From: a virus
Lineage: Duplodnaviria > Caudoviricetes
IMG/VR virus record: IMGVR_UViG_2902759955_000002
Span: 1 to 64,000 of that record
DNA: 64,000 bases
Direction: 5' to 3' (one strand)
The translations under genes were made by a program, and so were the position numbers. Of this stretch, positions 10,030 through 19,356 are shown one piece after another. How positions within the stretch are numbered: position 1 is the first letter of the stretch; every line of letters begins with the position of its first letter. The notes under the pieces are model-generated. The model did not search any database. It saw nothing but the letters and a program-made list of their open reading frames with translations, and was not told where the DNA came from.

Positions 10030-11547
10030 TTAGATCACGCCGAACTTCGGGCGATCGCCAGCCGGTGAACCCGGCATGCCGTGATGGTCGGTGAGGTGAT
10101 GGAAGATCTGCTCGAAGTCCTGCGAAAGCGTCGACGAGAGTTGATGGTTGTTCGTGATAACCGGCACGAGCAAGGCATCGGCGAAGCTGGGTGTGACGTA
10201 GTCGATCATCGGACCGCCGTCGAGCGAAATACGAATCCACGTTTCGCCAATCAGATCCGCCCGCATTTCGATATAGAAATCGATGCCGTTTCGGTCCGAG
10301 ATGTCGTTCAGGATCATGTGCTCGAGGCGGACAATGAAGTTCTGCACGTACGGACCCAAGTCCTGCGAGCTGAACCCTTCGGCGTTGGCGATCATCGTGC
10401 TCACGCGACTTGACGGATCGAGTGGGTTGTTGCCAGTCATCGCGCCCGTTAGCACCCGACGATTGGTGGTCGTGAACACCAACTGCGTGAGCGTCAGGTC
10501 CATCATCAGCGCCGGTACCGATTGGCTCAGAATGGTGGCGACTTGCGTCAGACGGTCCGAGCCACCCCAGTCCTGCGAGAGACCGGCATTCGCGAAGTGC
10601 ATGCTGCCGTTGCCCGGGCCGGCCGCGCTCGTATTCCCCTGCGTCGCGACCGTCGTGCGTTGCTCCACATTGGGATCCAGTCGCAGCAGATCCTGGAAGA
10701 CGAAGAAGTTCGACATCTGCCCGTCGCGCACCTTCTGCATCGCCGAGAAGAACGGGTTCAGCGCCACGGCCGTTTCTTGCGCGTAGCCCCGGGCCTGTTC
10801 GTACACGTCCTGTTCCTGTTGGACGCCGAACTCGTTTTCCATCGACGCGGTCTTGTACGTGTCGAGCAGCTTCGCCGCGTAGTCCGCCGCGATGTTGTTC
10901 CCACGGCGGGATGCCACCGGAACCGAGGACAAGACCGTGCGGGTGTCATGCACGTCGCCCAAGCCGGTCACATGGTTCAGTTCCATCGATGCGTAGACGT
11001 CTTCCGGACGCATGCGATGCATCTTGTTCGGCGTGTACGTGTCGATGTAGCTCGAATCGACTAGCACGTGTGCGTTCTCTGCCACGTTCGTATAGATCTG
11101 GTTGCCGAACGGCGTGTTTTCCACCGTGTGCCGAACTTGCACGATCGAGTTGATGTAGAACTCCATGCGCGGATCGATCGACTGCGTGTGGATGATGATG
11201 CCAGGGTGGTCCGTATAGCCGAGCACGATCACCACGGCCATGCTGCCCGACAGACGTTGGCGGATCTCCACTTCCATCATGAAGCGCAAACGCCGTTCGC
11301 CCCAGCCACCAACGATGCCAATCGCGGATTCGGGTGTTGCCGACGGCGCGATCACCTGGTTCGCCACACCGGCCAGCAGCGACGGTGTGAAGCGACGGGT
11401 CTGGTCCAGTGAGTTGGCCAGTGCATCGAGGGTGTAACCCTGCACGTTGGTTTCCCACGGCCGACGGTACTGCGGGTTATACGTGCCAGTTTCAGCGAGG
11501 AGGAGTCGCTTGACAGTGATGCTCGACGGCGTGCTGTGGTCATTCAT
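10030..11547 (-). CDS. picA: Probable phage-nucleus protein importer PicA/Imp1 (phiKZ gp69-like)
   Basis: 505 aa, directly downstream of the gp68-like gene; assigned from synteny and size. Confidence 0.6.
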   Translation of the reverse strand: MNDHSTPSSITVKRLLLAETGTYNPQYRRPWETNVQGYTLDALANSLDQTRRFTPSLLAGVANQVIAPSATPESAIGIVGGWGERRLRFMMEVEIRQRLSGSMAVVIVLGYTDHPGIIIHTQSIDPRMEFYINSIVQVRHTVENTPFGNQIYTNVAENAHVLVDSSYIDTYTPNKMHRMRPEDVYASMELNHVTGLGDVHDTRTVLSSVPVASRRGNNIAADYAAKLLDTYKTASMENEFGVQQEQDVYEQARGYAQETAVALNPFFSAMQKVRDGQMSNFFVFQDLLRLDPNVEQRTTVATQGNTSAAGPGNGSMHFANAGLSQDWGGSDRLTQVATILSQSVPALMMDLTLTQLVFTTTNRRVLTGAMTGNNPLDPSSRVSTMIANAEGFSSQDLGPYVQNFIVRLEHMILNDISDRNGIDFYIEMRADLIGETWIRISLDGGPMIDYVTPSFADALLVPVITNNHQLSSTLSQDFEQIFHHLTDHHGMPGSPAGDRPKFGVI

Positions 11548-11550
11548 TTT

Positions 11551-13116
11551 TTAGAAGCTCCTTTGTGCCAGCGCAAGGGAGAGTTGCGCCAGTTTGATTT
11601 TGATGTTCGGGGGGACGGCGTAATGGCGATCGCGCGGGTTCTGTGTGACTTGCCCGACCCACTCGGACGGCAACGTCAAGCGCCAGTCGTGCTCACTGAG
11701 GCCCTTCGTCAACGAATCGATTGCCACTTCAGCCGATGTCGGCAGACGTGGACTCTTCTGCTTGCCCGACTGGCGTCGCGGATGCGGATACCACTTCGCC
11801 AGTTCATCGAGCATGGGCGCGGGAATGCGTGCCTTCGAGTCCGAAGCAGTCAGATGCATGACGTCCTCGTTTTTGCGGGCAACAGCACTTACCAAAGCGG
11901 CCAGTTCGGGATAGCCCTTGTGCCAGTAGATCGCTTGTGCGGCTGCGATTGCCTGGAGGCTGGAGAGGCGTACGAGATGCAGCTGACCGCGAGGCTGCAG
12001 CTGATTGCGCGGCTTCAGTGCAAACATCGCCAGAAGCTTCTGTTCCTTGTAGGTCATCTCGTTTTCCAGCGAGCGCACGGATTCGAAGGACATGTCGAGA
12101 TATTCCAGCGGCATGTCCGGCGCAATGGCCAGCGCAATGCGGCGCATGTCGCGCGCATAGAACGAGATCGGGGCGATCTTGCCCTCGGACACCGGCAACT
12201 TGACCTTGCAGCTCTCGAGCTTCGATTGCTGGTTCTCGGCGTTATCCTGGTTTCGACCCTCGACTTCCTTTTTCTTCACGATCCCGCTGAAGCCACTATC
12301 GGAATTGCCGCGCGTCTTGTACTTGATGAAGTTGAAGATGCGACTCACGAGATGAGAGTTCGGGTCGGTGCCGCGCACGTCACCGATCGATAGCTTGCGT
12401 ACCAGCACGAGCCCCACCACGAGGTACGGATAGTCCTCAACAGAGATGCCCTTGAAGACGTGGGCGCTGTTGGCAACATCGATCAGCTTGTTGTCGCTCG
12501 GGATCATCGACTCGACGTACGCGCGTAGCCGATCCATGTGCTCGGAGTTCGCCAGATCCGTACGGGAGAGCAACTGGAACGCGTAGTACTCTTTCCAGAT
12601 CGTTCCCGATTCTTCGCGCGTGCGAGCGATGAACTCGCCCCAGACCGGCAGAATCACGCGCAGCGAGATCGAGATAGCCACGAGCCAGCTATAGTCTTCG
12701 CGCAGATACGTGCCTTCGCGCGTACCCGGCATGTCGTACTGCACGAAGTGTTCTTTCAGATCACTTGGGTAGTAGATGTTGCTGCGAAAATCCATCCAGT
12801 GCTTGATGTCGGACAGGCTGTTGTGCTCGTAGAGCTGTGCGACGAGCTTGTACAAGCGAAGCTTCAGCTCCTCCGACTCGAAGAATTCGCCAAAGACGTC
12901 CTTGATCTCGCGATACGTTGCAAAGATCTGATCCTGCTTCTCCATGGGCAACGTCGCCCAGTACTGATTGATCTGCTCGAAGATGTTGTACTCAAGCTCC
13001 TTGATAATGGTCTTGAAATCGCTGATGTTCCAGTCGATGGTTTCCCCGCGATGCGACAGGGTGACCTCGCTACGGCTCGTATCAATCAAACCGAGTTTGC
13101 CAATTTGCAGTTCCAA
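11551..13116 (-). CDS. Probable nvRNAP promoter-specificity subunit (phiKZ gp68-like)
   Basis: 521 aa; synteny within the gp65-gp75 block; early promoter upstream; TTG start after an AGGAG RBS. Confidence 0.65.
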   Translation of the reverse strand: MELQIGKLGLIDTSRSEVTLSHRGETIDWNISDFKTIIKELEYNIFEQINQYWATLPMEKQDQIFATYREIKDVFGEFFESEELKLRLYKLVAQLYEHNSLSDIKHWMDFRSNIYYPSDLKEHFVQYDMPGTREGTYLREDYSWLVAISISLRVILPVWGEFIARTREESGTIWKEYYAFQLLSRTDLANSEHMDRLRAYVESMIPSDNKLIDVANSAHVFKGISVEDYPYLVVGLVLVRKLSIGDVRGTDPNSHLVSRIFNFIKYKTRGNSDSGFSGIVKKKEVEGRNQDNAENQQSKLESCKVKLPVSEGKIAPISFYARDMRRIALAIAPDMPLEYLDMSFESVRSLENEMTYKEQKLLAMFALKPRNQLQPRGQLHLVRLSSLQAIAAAQAIYWHKGYPELAALVSAVARKNEDVMHLTASDSKARIPAPMLDELAKWYPHPRRQSGKQKSPRLPTSAEVAIDSLTKGLSEHDWRLTLPSEWVGQVTQNPRDRHYAVPPNIKIKLAQLSLALAQRSF

Positions 13117-13156
13117 AACTGATCTCCTCAGGAACAGTAACGACAGTGTCTAGTTC

Positions 13157-13174
13157 GGTGATATATCGCCGAAA
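13157..13174 (-). promoter_or_regulatory. Putative early promoter, embedded in a near-palindrome
   Basis: Minus strand TTTCGGCGATATATCACC; plus strand TTCGGTGATA|TATCGCCGAA has one mismatch. Confidence 0.7.
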
Positions 13175-13327
13175 TCGAATTCAATCGCGCGCAATACTGT
13201 TCGAGCATGTGCTTGGTGATAGGGCTTGTTATTCACGCCGTCCCAGCGAACTGAGACGGCGGCTCAAGGAACTGACCGTGCGTTTTGCGTTGGTCAGCTC
13301 CTTGATTGGCTTATTGAAAATTCGTTT

Positions 13328-14059
13328 TTACCAGGGGATGTCTTCGTCGACGGTTTCCTGGCGTCCGCCGCTACCGCCGCCGCCACCACCGCCGTAGTTG
13401 CTGTTGCCACCACGGTTGTAGTTGCCGCCACCATTGCGTTGGCCACCACCGCCGCCACCGCCTTGATCCGGCTTCTTCTCCGGCTCGACGTAGTTGTCGC
13501 AGAGCATCACAGCCATCATGATTTCGAGCAGCTTGATCCAGCCCTTGGCGAACAGCACCGAGCACTCGCCCTTGCTGTATTGCTCGCCCGTCTTGTGGAA
13601 GAAGGCGTGGAAGTCGTTCGAACCGAACGGGAACTTGATGCGCGGGCGGTCCTTCGCGGTGACCGACACCCACACCACGCCTTCAGCGTCCTTGCCGCAG
13701 TGCAACTCGGAGACGACGACTGGCGATTCGCTGCGCTTGCCGCCCGGGAAGATAAAGTTCTTGTTCTCGATCTTCACCTTGTCTTCGGTGCCCGCCGGCG
13801 CTTCGAGGACGGAGTTCAGCTTTTGCAGGAAGACCATGAACACGACGGCGTCGAGGTTCGCGGTGATCTTGCCGTACTGCTTGTCGGCTCCTTGGTCATC
13901 GGGGTCGTTTGTGTAGACGGTGATACGGGGGTTGTTCTTGAACAGGTTGAGCTGCAAGCTCGAATACTTGCCCTTGGCCGTCGGACACGGTGTCGACAGA
14001 TGCAACTTACGGTTGTCGAACGCGTTCTTCTCTCGCGGTGCGGGTCGGAAATCACTCAT
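13328..14059 (-). CDS. phiKZ gp67-like protein with SSB-type Gly-rich linker and acidic tip; possible ssDNA-binding protein
   Basis: C-terminus GGGGG...TVDEDIPW resembles the bacterial SSB tip DDDIPF; synteny. Confidence 0.6.
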   Translation of the reverse strand: MSDFRPAPREKNAFDNRKLHLSTPCPTAKGKYSSLQLNLFKNNPRITVYTNDPDDQGADKQYGKITANLDAVVFMVFLQKLNSVLEAPAGTEDKVKIENKNFIFPGGKRSESPVVVSELHCGKDAEGVVWVSVTAKDRPRIKFPFGSNDFHAFFHKTGEQYSKGECSVLFAKGWIKLLEIMMAVMLCDNYVEPEKKPDQGGGGGGGQRNGGGNYNRGGNSNYGGGGGGGSGGRQETVDEDIPW

Positions 14060-14148
14060 GATTCAATGTCCTGATGTTCTTCGGATTTTCGTTTGGCGGG
14101 GGTGACAAACGATACTCACGTTGGATAAAAAAACTCCGCGCTATCGTG

Positions 14149-15012
14149 TTAAGGCGCGACGAGTAAGCTCTTGAAAAGGTCGCGTTTCGGCGCGTCCTTG
14201 ATGAAGTCCGCGCAGAAGCGGATCCGGTCTGACGTAGTGACGGCTGACCAGTTAAACCGAGTTGCAAGTTCGAGCACCTCCTTACGTAATTTCGGATCTA
14301 GCGTCCGGAACGTTTCGCCATCGCCCATGACTTGAATCAGGTCTTCCCGGAAAGGGATCTGGGCGAGTTCGCGACCATTGCTGTACTTCGTGTACCAAAG
14401 TGCCCGGTCCTTAATGCGACCCGTGTGTGACTCGAGCAGCGAGAGACTGCGAAAGGCGCGATAGGAGAGAAGGTCATACGCGTGATGCGTGATGATCAGC
14501 GTCTTGGGGGCAGGGACCTTCTCGGGCGTGAGCTTGCGATCAAAGATGAGGATCGGGTCATCCCGGTCCCGGTTCTGCTGCGCGATCAGTGCCATCGTCT
14601 GCTTCAGAATCACGGCGTTAGCCTTCATCCGATCGGTACTGTCAACGCGAAACGCAGCGTACGGATAGGCTTGCGCCATGCCCTTGTACTTGCTCAGATA
14701 GAAGACCGGCTTGCAACGACCATTCGATCCCTCGTTCACGATCTCGGTGATCTGCTCCATTTCTTCATTGAGCGTGATCGCGATTTCATCGGGACTGACC
14801 ATGGCACCCGAGACTTTGTCCATGGCGCCGAGGAAGTTACGGAACAACGTGCGCATGTTCACGAACAGTTGCTCGTACTCCAGAATCGGTGCTGACTTCA
14901 CGGGTGGCAGATCTGGATGAATCCCGAAAGCTCCCTCGAGCGCGAGTGATGTCGAGATCGACACGGGATACTGGCCCACTGCGCGGGCGGAAATGCCGGG
15001 ATTCAAATCCAT
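14149..15012 (-). CDS. Conserved core protein (phiKZ gp66-like)
   Basis: 287-aa ORF between the SbcD-like and gp67-like genes. Confidence 0.6.
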   Translation of the reverse strand: MDLNPGISARAVGQYPVSISTSLALEGAFGIHPDLPPVKSAPILEYEQLFVNMRTLFRNFLGAMDKVSGAMVSPDEIAITLNEEMEQITEIVNEGSNGRCKPVFYLSKYKGMAQAYPYAAFRVDSTDRMKANAVILKQTMALIAQQNRDRDDPILIFDRKLTPEKVPAPKTLIITHHAYDLLSYRAFRSLSLLESHTGRIKDRALWYTKYSNGRELAQIPFREDLIQVMGDGETFRTLDPKLRKEVLELATRFNWSAVTTSDRIRFCADFIKDAPKRDLFKSLLVAP

Positions 15013-15016
15013 CTTT

Positions 15017-16138
15017 TCACCTTATCTCGTTGATCTTCGTTTGCGCAATCATGAGAAGCTCCTGAGTGATGCCCATGCCTACCAGGCGCTCGGACAGGAG
15101 TTCTGTGATGTTCTCGCGCGTGATCGTGATGGGGACGAACTCTTCCTCGTCGATATCGCCCAGTCCCTGGATCTCCTCCTCTTCAGGGTCGATCGGGTTT
15201 TTACTCCAGATGAAGAAGGGATAAAGCCGCTTCAGAGCGTCCATGTCCGCGAAGAGGGGATGGTCGTGATTTGCCACGACGCGTACCGCCGAATTCATTG
15301 GCAGGTCGCGCACGCGGCGCTCGATCTCCATCAGCGCGTCCTCCACGGGCTGATCGATACAGCGCACGGAGATGAACTTCTGTGCGGTGGTGTTTTCGAC
15401 GAACGTGACGTCGGTATCGTTGTTCGGATGAATCACGGCGCGCAGGTGACCCTTAGGTTCCTCTTCGCCGTGTCCTAAACGGGGGAAGGAGCCTTGTGCG
15501 TAGATCCGCTCGAACGACGAGTACTTGTGCACATGACCAATGAAGATCGCGCACCGGGTGATGGCGAGATAGGCCTCGGACGAATGCTTCTGGGCTTTGA
15601 CGTGGGCGGGCAGCTGATACTCAAACTGACCATGCATGAACATCAGATCGACCTGCTCGATGCCTTTTTCCTGCATCTGGGCGTGGATTTGGCTGAGTGT
15701 TTGGTCTGTTGTCGGCGCACTCTCATCGGGTACGAACCCAACCCAGAGATCCAGGGCGGGTTCGTACTCGACGGAGATGTCTTGAACATATTTGAGATTA
15801 GCGCCAATGCCTGCCACTTCATTGATCGTGACGAAAAGCTGTGACTGTCGCCGGTCATGACTCGGCGTGCCTTCCAGCACGTAGAGCAAGATGTCGTGCT
15901 TCTTGCAGGTGCGCAAGAGCCGTCCAATCCACAGCTTGATTTCCGCCACGTCGTCATCGTTCAGCGTGAGCAGCTGATCGAAGACATCTCCTACCAAACA
16001 GATGAGATCAAGCGCAGCCGTCTCCGCGTTATCGGGGAAGGCTGCATCCAGACCCACAATCGTTCCATGCGTTGCGGTTCGCGAGGCGCCCAGATGGATA
16101 TCCGAGATCGTGGCCACGCGTAGTTCAGAAGTCCTCAT
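15017..16138 (-). CDS. SbcD/Mre11-like metallophosphoesterase nuclease (phiKZ gp65-like)
   Basis: SDIHLG, GDVFD, GTPSHD, MHG, GHVH and GS motifs. Confidence 0.9.
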   Translation of the reverse strand: MRTSELRVATISDIHLGASRTATHGTIVGLDAAFPDNAETAALDLICLVGDVFDQLLTLNDDDVAEIKLWIGRLLRTCKKHDILLYVLEGTPSHDRRQSQLFVTINEVAGIGANLKYVQDISVEYEPALDLWVGFVPDESAPTTDQTLSQIHAQMQEKGIEQVDLMFMHGQFEYQLPAHVKAQKHSSEAYLAITRCAIFIGHVHKYSSFERIYAQGSFPRLGHGEEEPKGHLRAVIHPNNDTDVTFVENTTAQKFISVRCIDQPVEDALMEIERRVRDLPMNSAVRVVANHDHPLFADMDALKRLYPFFIWSKNPIDPEEEEIQGLGDIDEEEFVPITITRENITELLSERLVGMGITQELLMIAQTKINEIR

Positions 16139-16820
16139 ACTCGACGTCCTCTCCGGAGGAAGGGTTGGTCGGCGTGTTCGCTGCAGCAGCTGGTGCTGTC
16201 ACTTGCGAGGCACGAGGGTCTGCAATCAGCGGCGGACGGTTGTAGCGCGCCATGATGGCGTTCCATGCGAGGACGTGACGCACGAGATGCTGTCCCGAGC
16301 GCATCGTACGCAGACGCTGGGCCAGCGCCACATTCATGAACTGCGTACCCTGCGCGGGGTGGATCTGCATGTACTGATCTGCGGTCTTCATGACTTCGCC
16401 AAGCGGTGCCTGACTGCGGTCATTTACGTCCCGTACAGGATTGACGCCCTGGTACTCAAATACCGGCGGCACGCGAAAGAGCACGGCGCCACTCTTGTCA
16501 AACACATCCACGCCCTTGTAAGGCGTGCCCGCGATCGAGATCCAGTCAGCCATGCCGACCTTGTGCTTGAGGAGCGCGAGATCCTTCGTGAGCTGCGCGT
16601 AGGAGGTGTTCTCCGCGAGGTGCTTCACATAGATCTCGAAGAACGGCAGAAAGACGTGAACGAACTCGTCTTCCGGCAGGCGGGCGACATCCTCACTCGC
16701 AATGTCGGTCAGGCTGCTGGCGACCATCGAGATCCACAACGCCTGTTGATCCGGTTGTGCGCCCGGAGCAAAGCGATCAGCTTCGGGAAAGAGCTTGTTC
16801 GCACTGGAGATGTTCGGCAT
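16125..16820 (-). CDS. Conserved hypothetical core protein
   Basis: Operonic ORF with GAGG RBS, overlapping the nuclease start. Confidence 0.7.
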   Translation of the reverse strand: MPNISSANKLFPEADRFAPGAQPDQQALWISMVASSLTDIASEDVARLPEDEFVHVFLPFFEIYVKHLAENTSYAQLTKDLALLKHKVGMADWISIAGTPYKGVDVFDKSGAVLFRVPPVFEYQGVNPVRDVNDRSQAPLGEVMKTADQYMQIHPAQGTQFMNVALAQRLRTMRSGQHLVRHVLAWNAIMARYNRPPLIADPRASQVTAPAAAANTPTNPSSGEDVEYEDF

Positions 16821-16828
16821 AGGAAACC

Positions 16829-17485
16829 TCAGTCTTTGACGGGTGTGGGGCCGTCGTCTGCTTCAGCGGCCTGACGAGCGGCACTGGTGCGCGCTGCCAT
16901 GCGTTGCTGGATCTGTTGCAGGTAGCCATTGGGGTCGTCGAACGTCTCGGCAGCTTTCGGACGCAGGAAGGTGAAGTGCATGAACTGCATCGCACGCAAG
17001 GGGATAGCAGCGACTTGGCGCTTGAGCTCATTCAGCGCTGCGGGGCTCGGCGACACCGGAACGTTGTCGTAGGCGAAACGTCCCTTTTCCTGGTAACAGA
17101 AGACCTCGTAGTCGATGACCTTCACGTCGGGTTCGGCCGGGCCAGCAGTCATCGCGTCGTGACCGTTTTCGAAGATCGGCTTGAAGCTTGCGACGAACGC
17201 CAGATCCGAAGCCATCGGAAAGCGGGTCATCACAATGATGTCGCCCGATGCGAGAAGATGCGGCTTGACGAAGACCTCGAAGTGCCTGAGCGTGTGCGGC
17301 AAGCGCTTGTTCTCAAGGTACTCGTGCTGCTCGAAAGCAACCACCTTCATGATCGATTCGTTGATACGGCTGAAACAGCTATCGATCCACACCGGTTTCG
17401 GGGCATGCGGACCGCCTTTGCCACCAGGACGGACGATGTCGTCGTACTGCTGAAGTGACGCGGGTGCATTGGTTTCGGTACTCAT
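16829..17485 (-). CDS. Hypothetical protein
   Basis: 218-aa operonic ORF with typical codon usage. Confidence 0.7.
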   Translation of the reverse strand: MSTETNAPASLQQYDDIVRPGGKGGPHAPKPVWIDSCFSRINESIMKVVAFEQHEYLENKRLPHTLRHFEVFVKPHLLASGDIIVMTRFPMASDLAFVASFKPIFENGHDAMTAGPAEPDVKVIDYEVFCYQEKGRFAYDNVPVSPSPAALNELKRQVAAIPLRAMQFMHFTFLRPKAAETFDDPNGYLQQIQQRMAARTSAARQAAEADDGPTPVKD

Positions 17486-17493
17486 AATCTTGC

Positions 17494-17928
17494 CTAGTTG
17501 ACGACAGTCGAAGCCACCGACGGTCCGTTGTTGTTCAGCTTGGTCGCCTTGAGGAACTTCGAATCAGCGAGTTGCACCAGGCCGTAATACGGATAGGTGA
17601 CGCCGTTCTCTGTGACTTGGGCGTAGATCGACACCGTGATCAGGCTCGTCGTGTTGCCAGCCGTCACGTCATCACTGGTGACCTGCGCGAGCACCGAGTC
17701 GTAGTACCGGCCGAGATAGGCCTCAAGTGCGCTTTGCAATGCACTGCAGGTCTTCGGCATGTTTCCGGCGTTCGCCTGGATAATCGACTGGATGCTGGTG
17801 ACGCTCCCGGCGTACGTGTACGACTGGTTCGCCATCGATTCGTAGATGTGCGCCATCAGCGCATCGGCTTTCTGCGCAGTGGCGGTGATCCACCCAGCGG
17901 TCGACAAAGACGGAACGACGGTAGTCAT
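17494..17928 (-). CDS. Probable virion/baseplate protein
   Basis: MTTVVPSLSTAGW start; T/S-rich and R-poor like the tail proteins; TTTTATG late-promoter-like motif ~30 nt upstream. Confidence 0.55.
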   Translation of the reverse strand: MTTVVPSLSTAGWITATAQKADALMAHIYESMANQSYTYAGSVTSIQSIIQANAGNMPKTCSALQSALEAYLGRYYDSVLAQVTSDDVTAGNTTSLITVSIYAQVTENGVTYPYYGLVQLADSKFLKATKLNNNGPSVASTVVN

Positions 17929-18048
17929 GGTGGCTGGCTCATAAAGTTGGTCGGTTACATAAAATCTGCCCACACCGACAAACTCACTACCGGCAAAAAA
18001 AGAAGAGCAAGGCGCACGGAGAGTCATCTCCGTGCCCGTGTGCTGCCC

Positions 18049-18669
18049 TTACATCTTCTCGTTCCACTTCGAGGTCGGATCTTCCTTTCCGGCTTCGATG
18101 TACGCACGCAGATTCGCGAACGTGTCGAAGATGTCGACCTTCTGATCGAATGCCGGCTCGACATCACCCGCATGCAGATCGTCGAGGTAGTGCCGCACCA
18201 TCCAGCCACCATCCTCGGTGTCTTGCAGGACGCCATTCATGAGCAAGCGATAGTCGTAGTGGTCCTCACCCACGCGACCCGGTTCCATATCGACGTAGGT
18301 TTCGGAGAATCCATCGATCCGCTGCTGGTGATAAAGACGTCGTGTGGTCGGCTCGGCCATGATCCAGCGCTGCATGGCGAGCGGCGCGTGCTGCATGCGA
18401 CCGATATCCCAGATGCTCTGGATCGTGTCTGACATGAAGAGCGAGTCGAGCTTGCGATGGGCTGCCCGCGCGATTCGCATCGCCTCCGAACCGTTGAAGG
18501 TGTTGAAGAGTCCCGCGGCCGACTGCACGAACTGCTGACCGAACTCGGTCAGCGCGCCCGTGAACTGCTGGACCTGGTTCTCGAGAAAGGCCATGGTTCC
18601 AGGATGCTTCTGGGCGCCATACACGAGACTATTGAAGGTCGCCGAGTCGCCTTGTACAAACATGACCAT
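18049..18669 (-). CDS. Conserved core protein (possibly phiKZ gp59/Imp3-like)
   Basis: 206 aa, GGAGG RBS, DPTS near the C-terminus; synteny downstream of the gp55-like gene. Confidence 0.55.
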   Translation of the reverse strand: MVMFVQGDSATFNSLVYGAQKHPGTMAFLENQVQQFTGALTEFGQQFVQSAAGLFNTFNGSEAMRIARAAHRKLDSLFMSDTIQSIWDIGRMQHAPLAMQRWIMAEPTTRRLYHQQRIDGFSETYVDMEPGRVGEDHYDYRLLMNGVLQDTEDGGWMVRHYLDDLHAGDVEPAFDQKVDIFDTFANLRAYIEAGKEDPTSKWNEKM

Positions 18670-18670
18670 C

Positions 18671-19312
18671 TCAGCCCTCCAATTCGGGGTTGTTTTCGAG
18701 GAACGGCAGGACCCGGATGCGCACGGTCGGGACCTTGTCGCCGTTCGGGAGCGTCACCATCTCGGAGCACCCATGCAGACGGTCGGCGATGGCGATGTCG
18801 TCCGTCTCCCCGATGGCCATGTACTGCTGCTGACCGGTTTCGCCAGTGAGGACCTCGATGCTGAACGCCGCTTTCTTCGCTGCACGCTTCAGACCGAAAC
18901 GCTTTGCGAATTCGTCGATCGAGGGGAGGCCAGGATAGGGTGCAAGTTCCTTACTAGCAGCCCGGCAGGCCGCGGTTAGTGCCGCGTGCGCGTTCTTCTC
19001 AAAGAGCGGTGAGGGTTCCGATTGGTAGACGAGCGTGGGCATGGCTCGATACCGCACCTGCTTCGTCTGCGTGCCGTTGGGAAGCGTGAAGCGCTCGCTT
19101 TGTTGCACGATGGTGTTGGCGTCGTGCAGGCTGTGCGCCACGCCGATCGGCGCCCAAAGAACGCCTTCGATTCCCGGGAGGGACTCTGCCTTCTCCAAGA
19201 GAAACCGCTTTGAGCCACCCAGCTGCACTGCGGTGCCGTTGTACAGTTTGTGAACGACCTTCACACCGCATTCGCTTTCACTGGGCGAAGTGCTACCCTC
19301 ATGAGTTGCCAT
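18671..19312 (-). CDS. Hypothetical protein
   Basis: CAAGGAAA RBS before MATHEG. Confidence 0.65.
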   Translation of the reverse strand: MATHEGSTSPSESECGVKVVHKLYNGTAVQLGGSKRFLLEKAESLPGIEGVLWAPIGVAHSLHDANTIVQQSERFTLPNGTQTKQVRYRAMPTLVYQSEPSPLFEKNAHAALTAACRAASKELAPYPGLPSIDEFAKRFGLKRAAKKAAFSIEVLTGETGQQQYMAIGETDDIAIADRLHGCSEMVTLPNGDKVPTVRIRVLPFLENNPELEG

Positions 19313-19356
19313 GATCTTTTCCTTGTTTGGTTTTCTGGGGAGTTCCGGCTGGATGC

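Noticed and set aside
13360-13465. CCGCCA-type tandem repeats
   Set aside because: Explained by poly-Gly codons of the gp67-like linker
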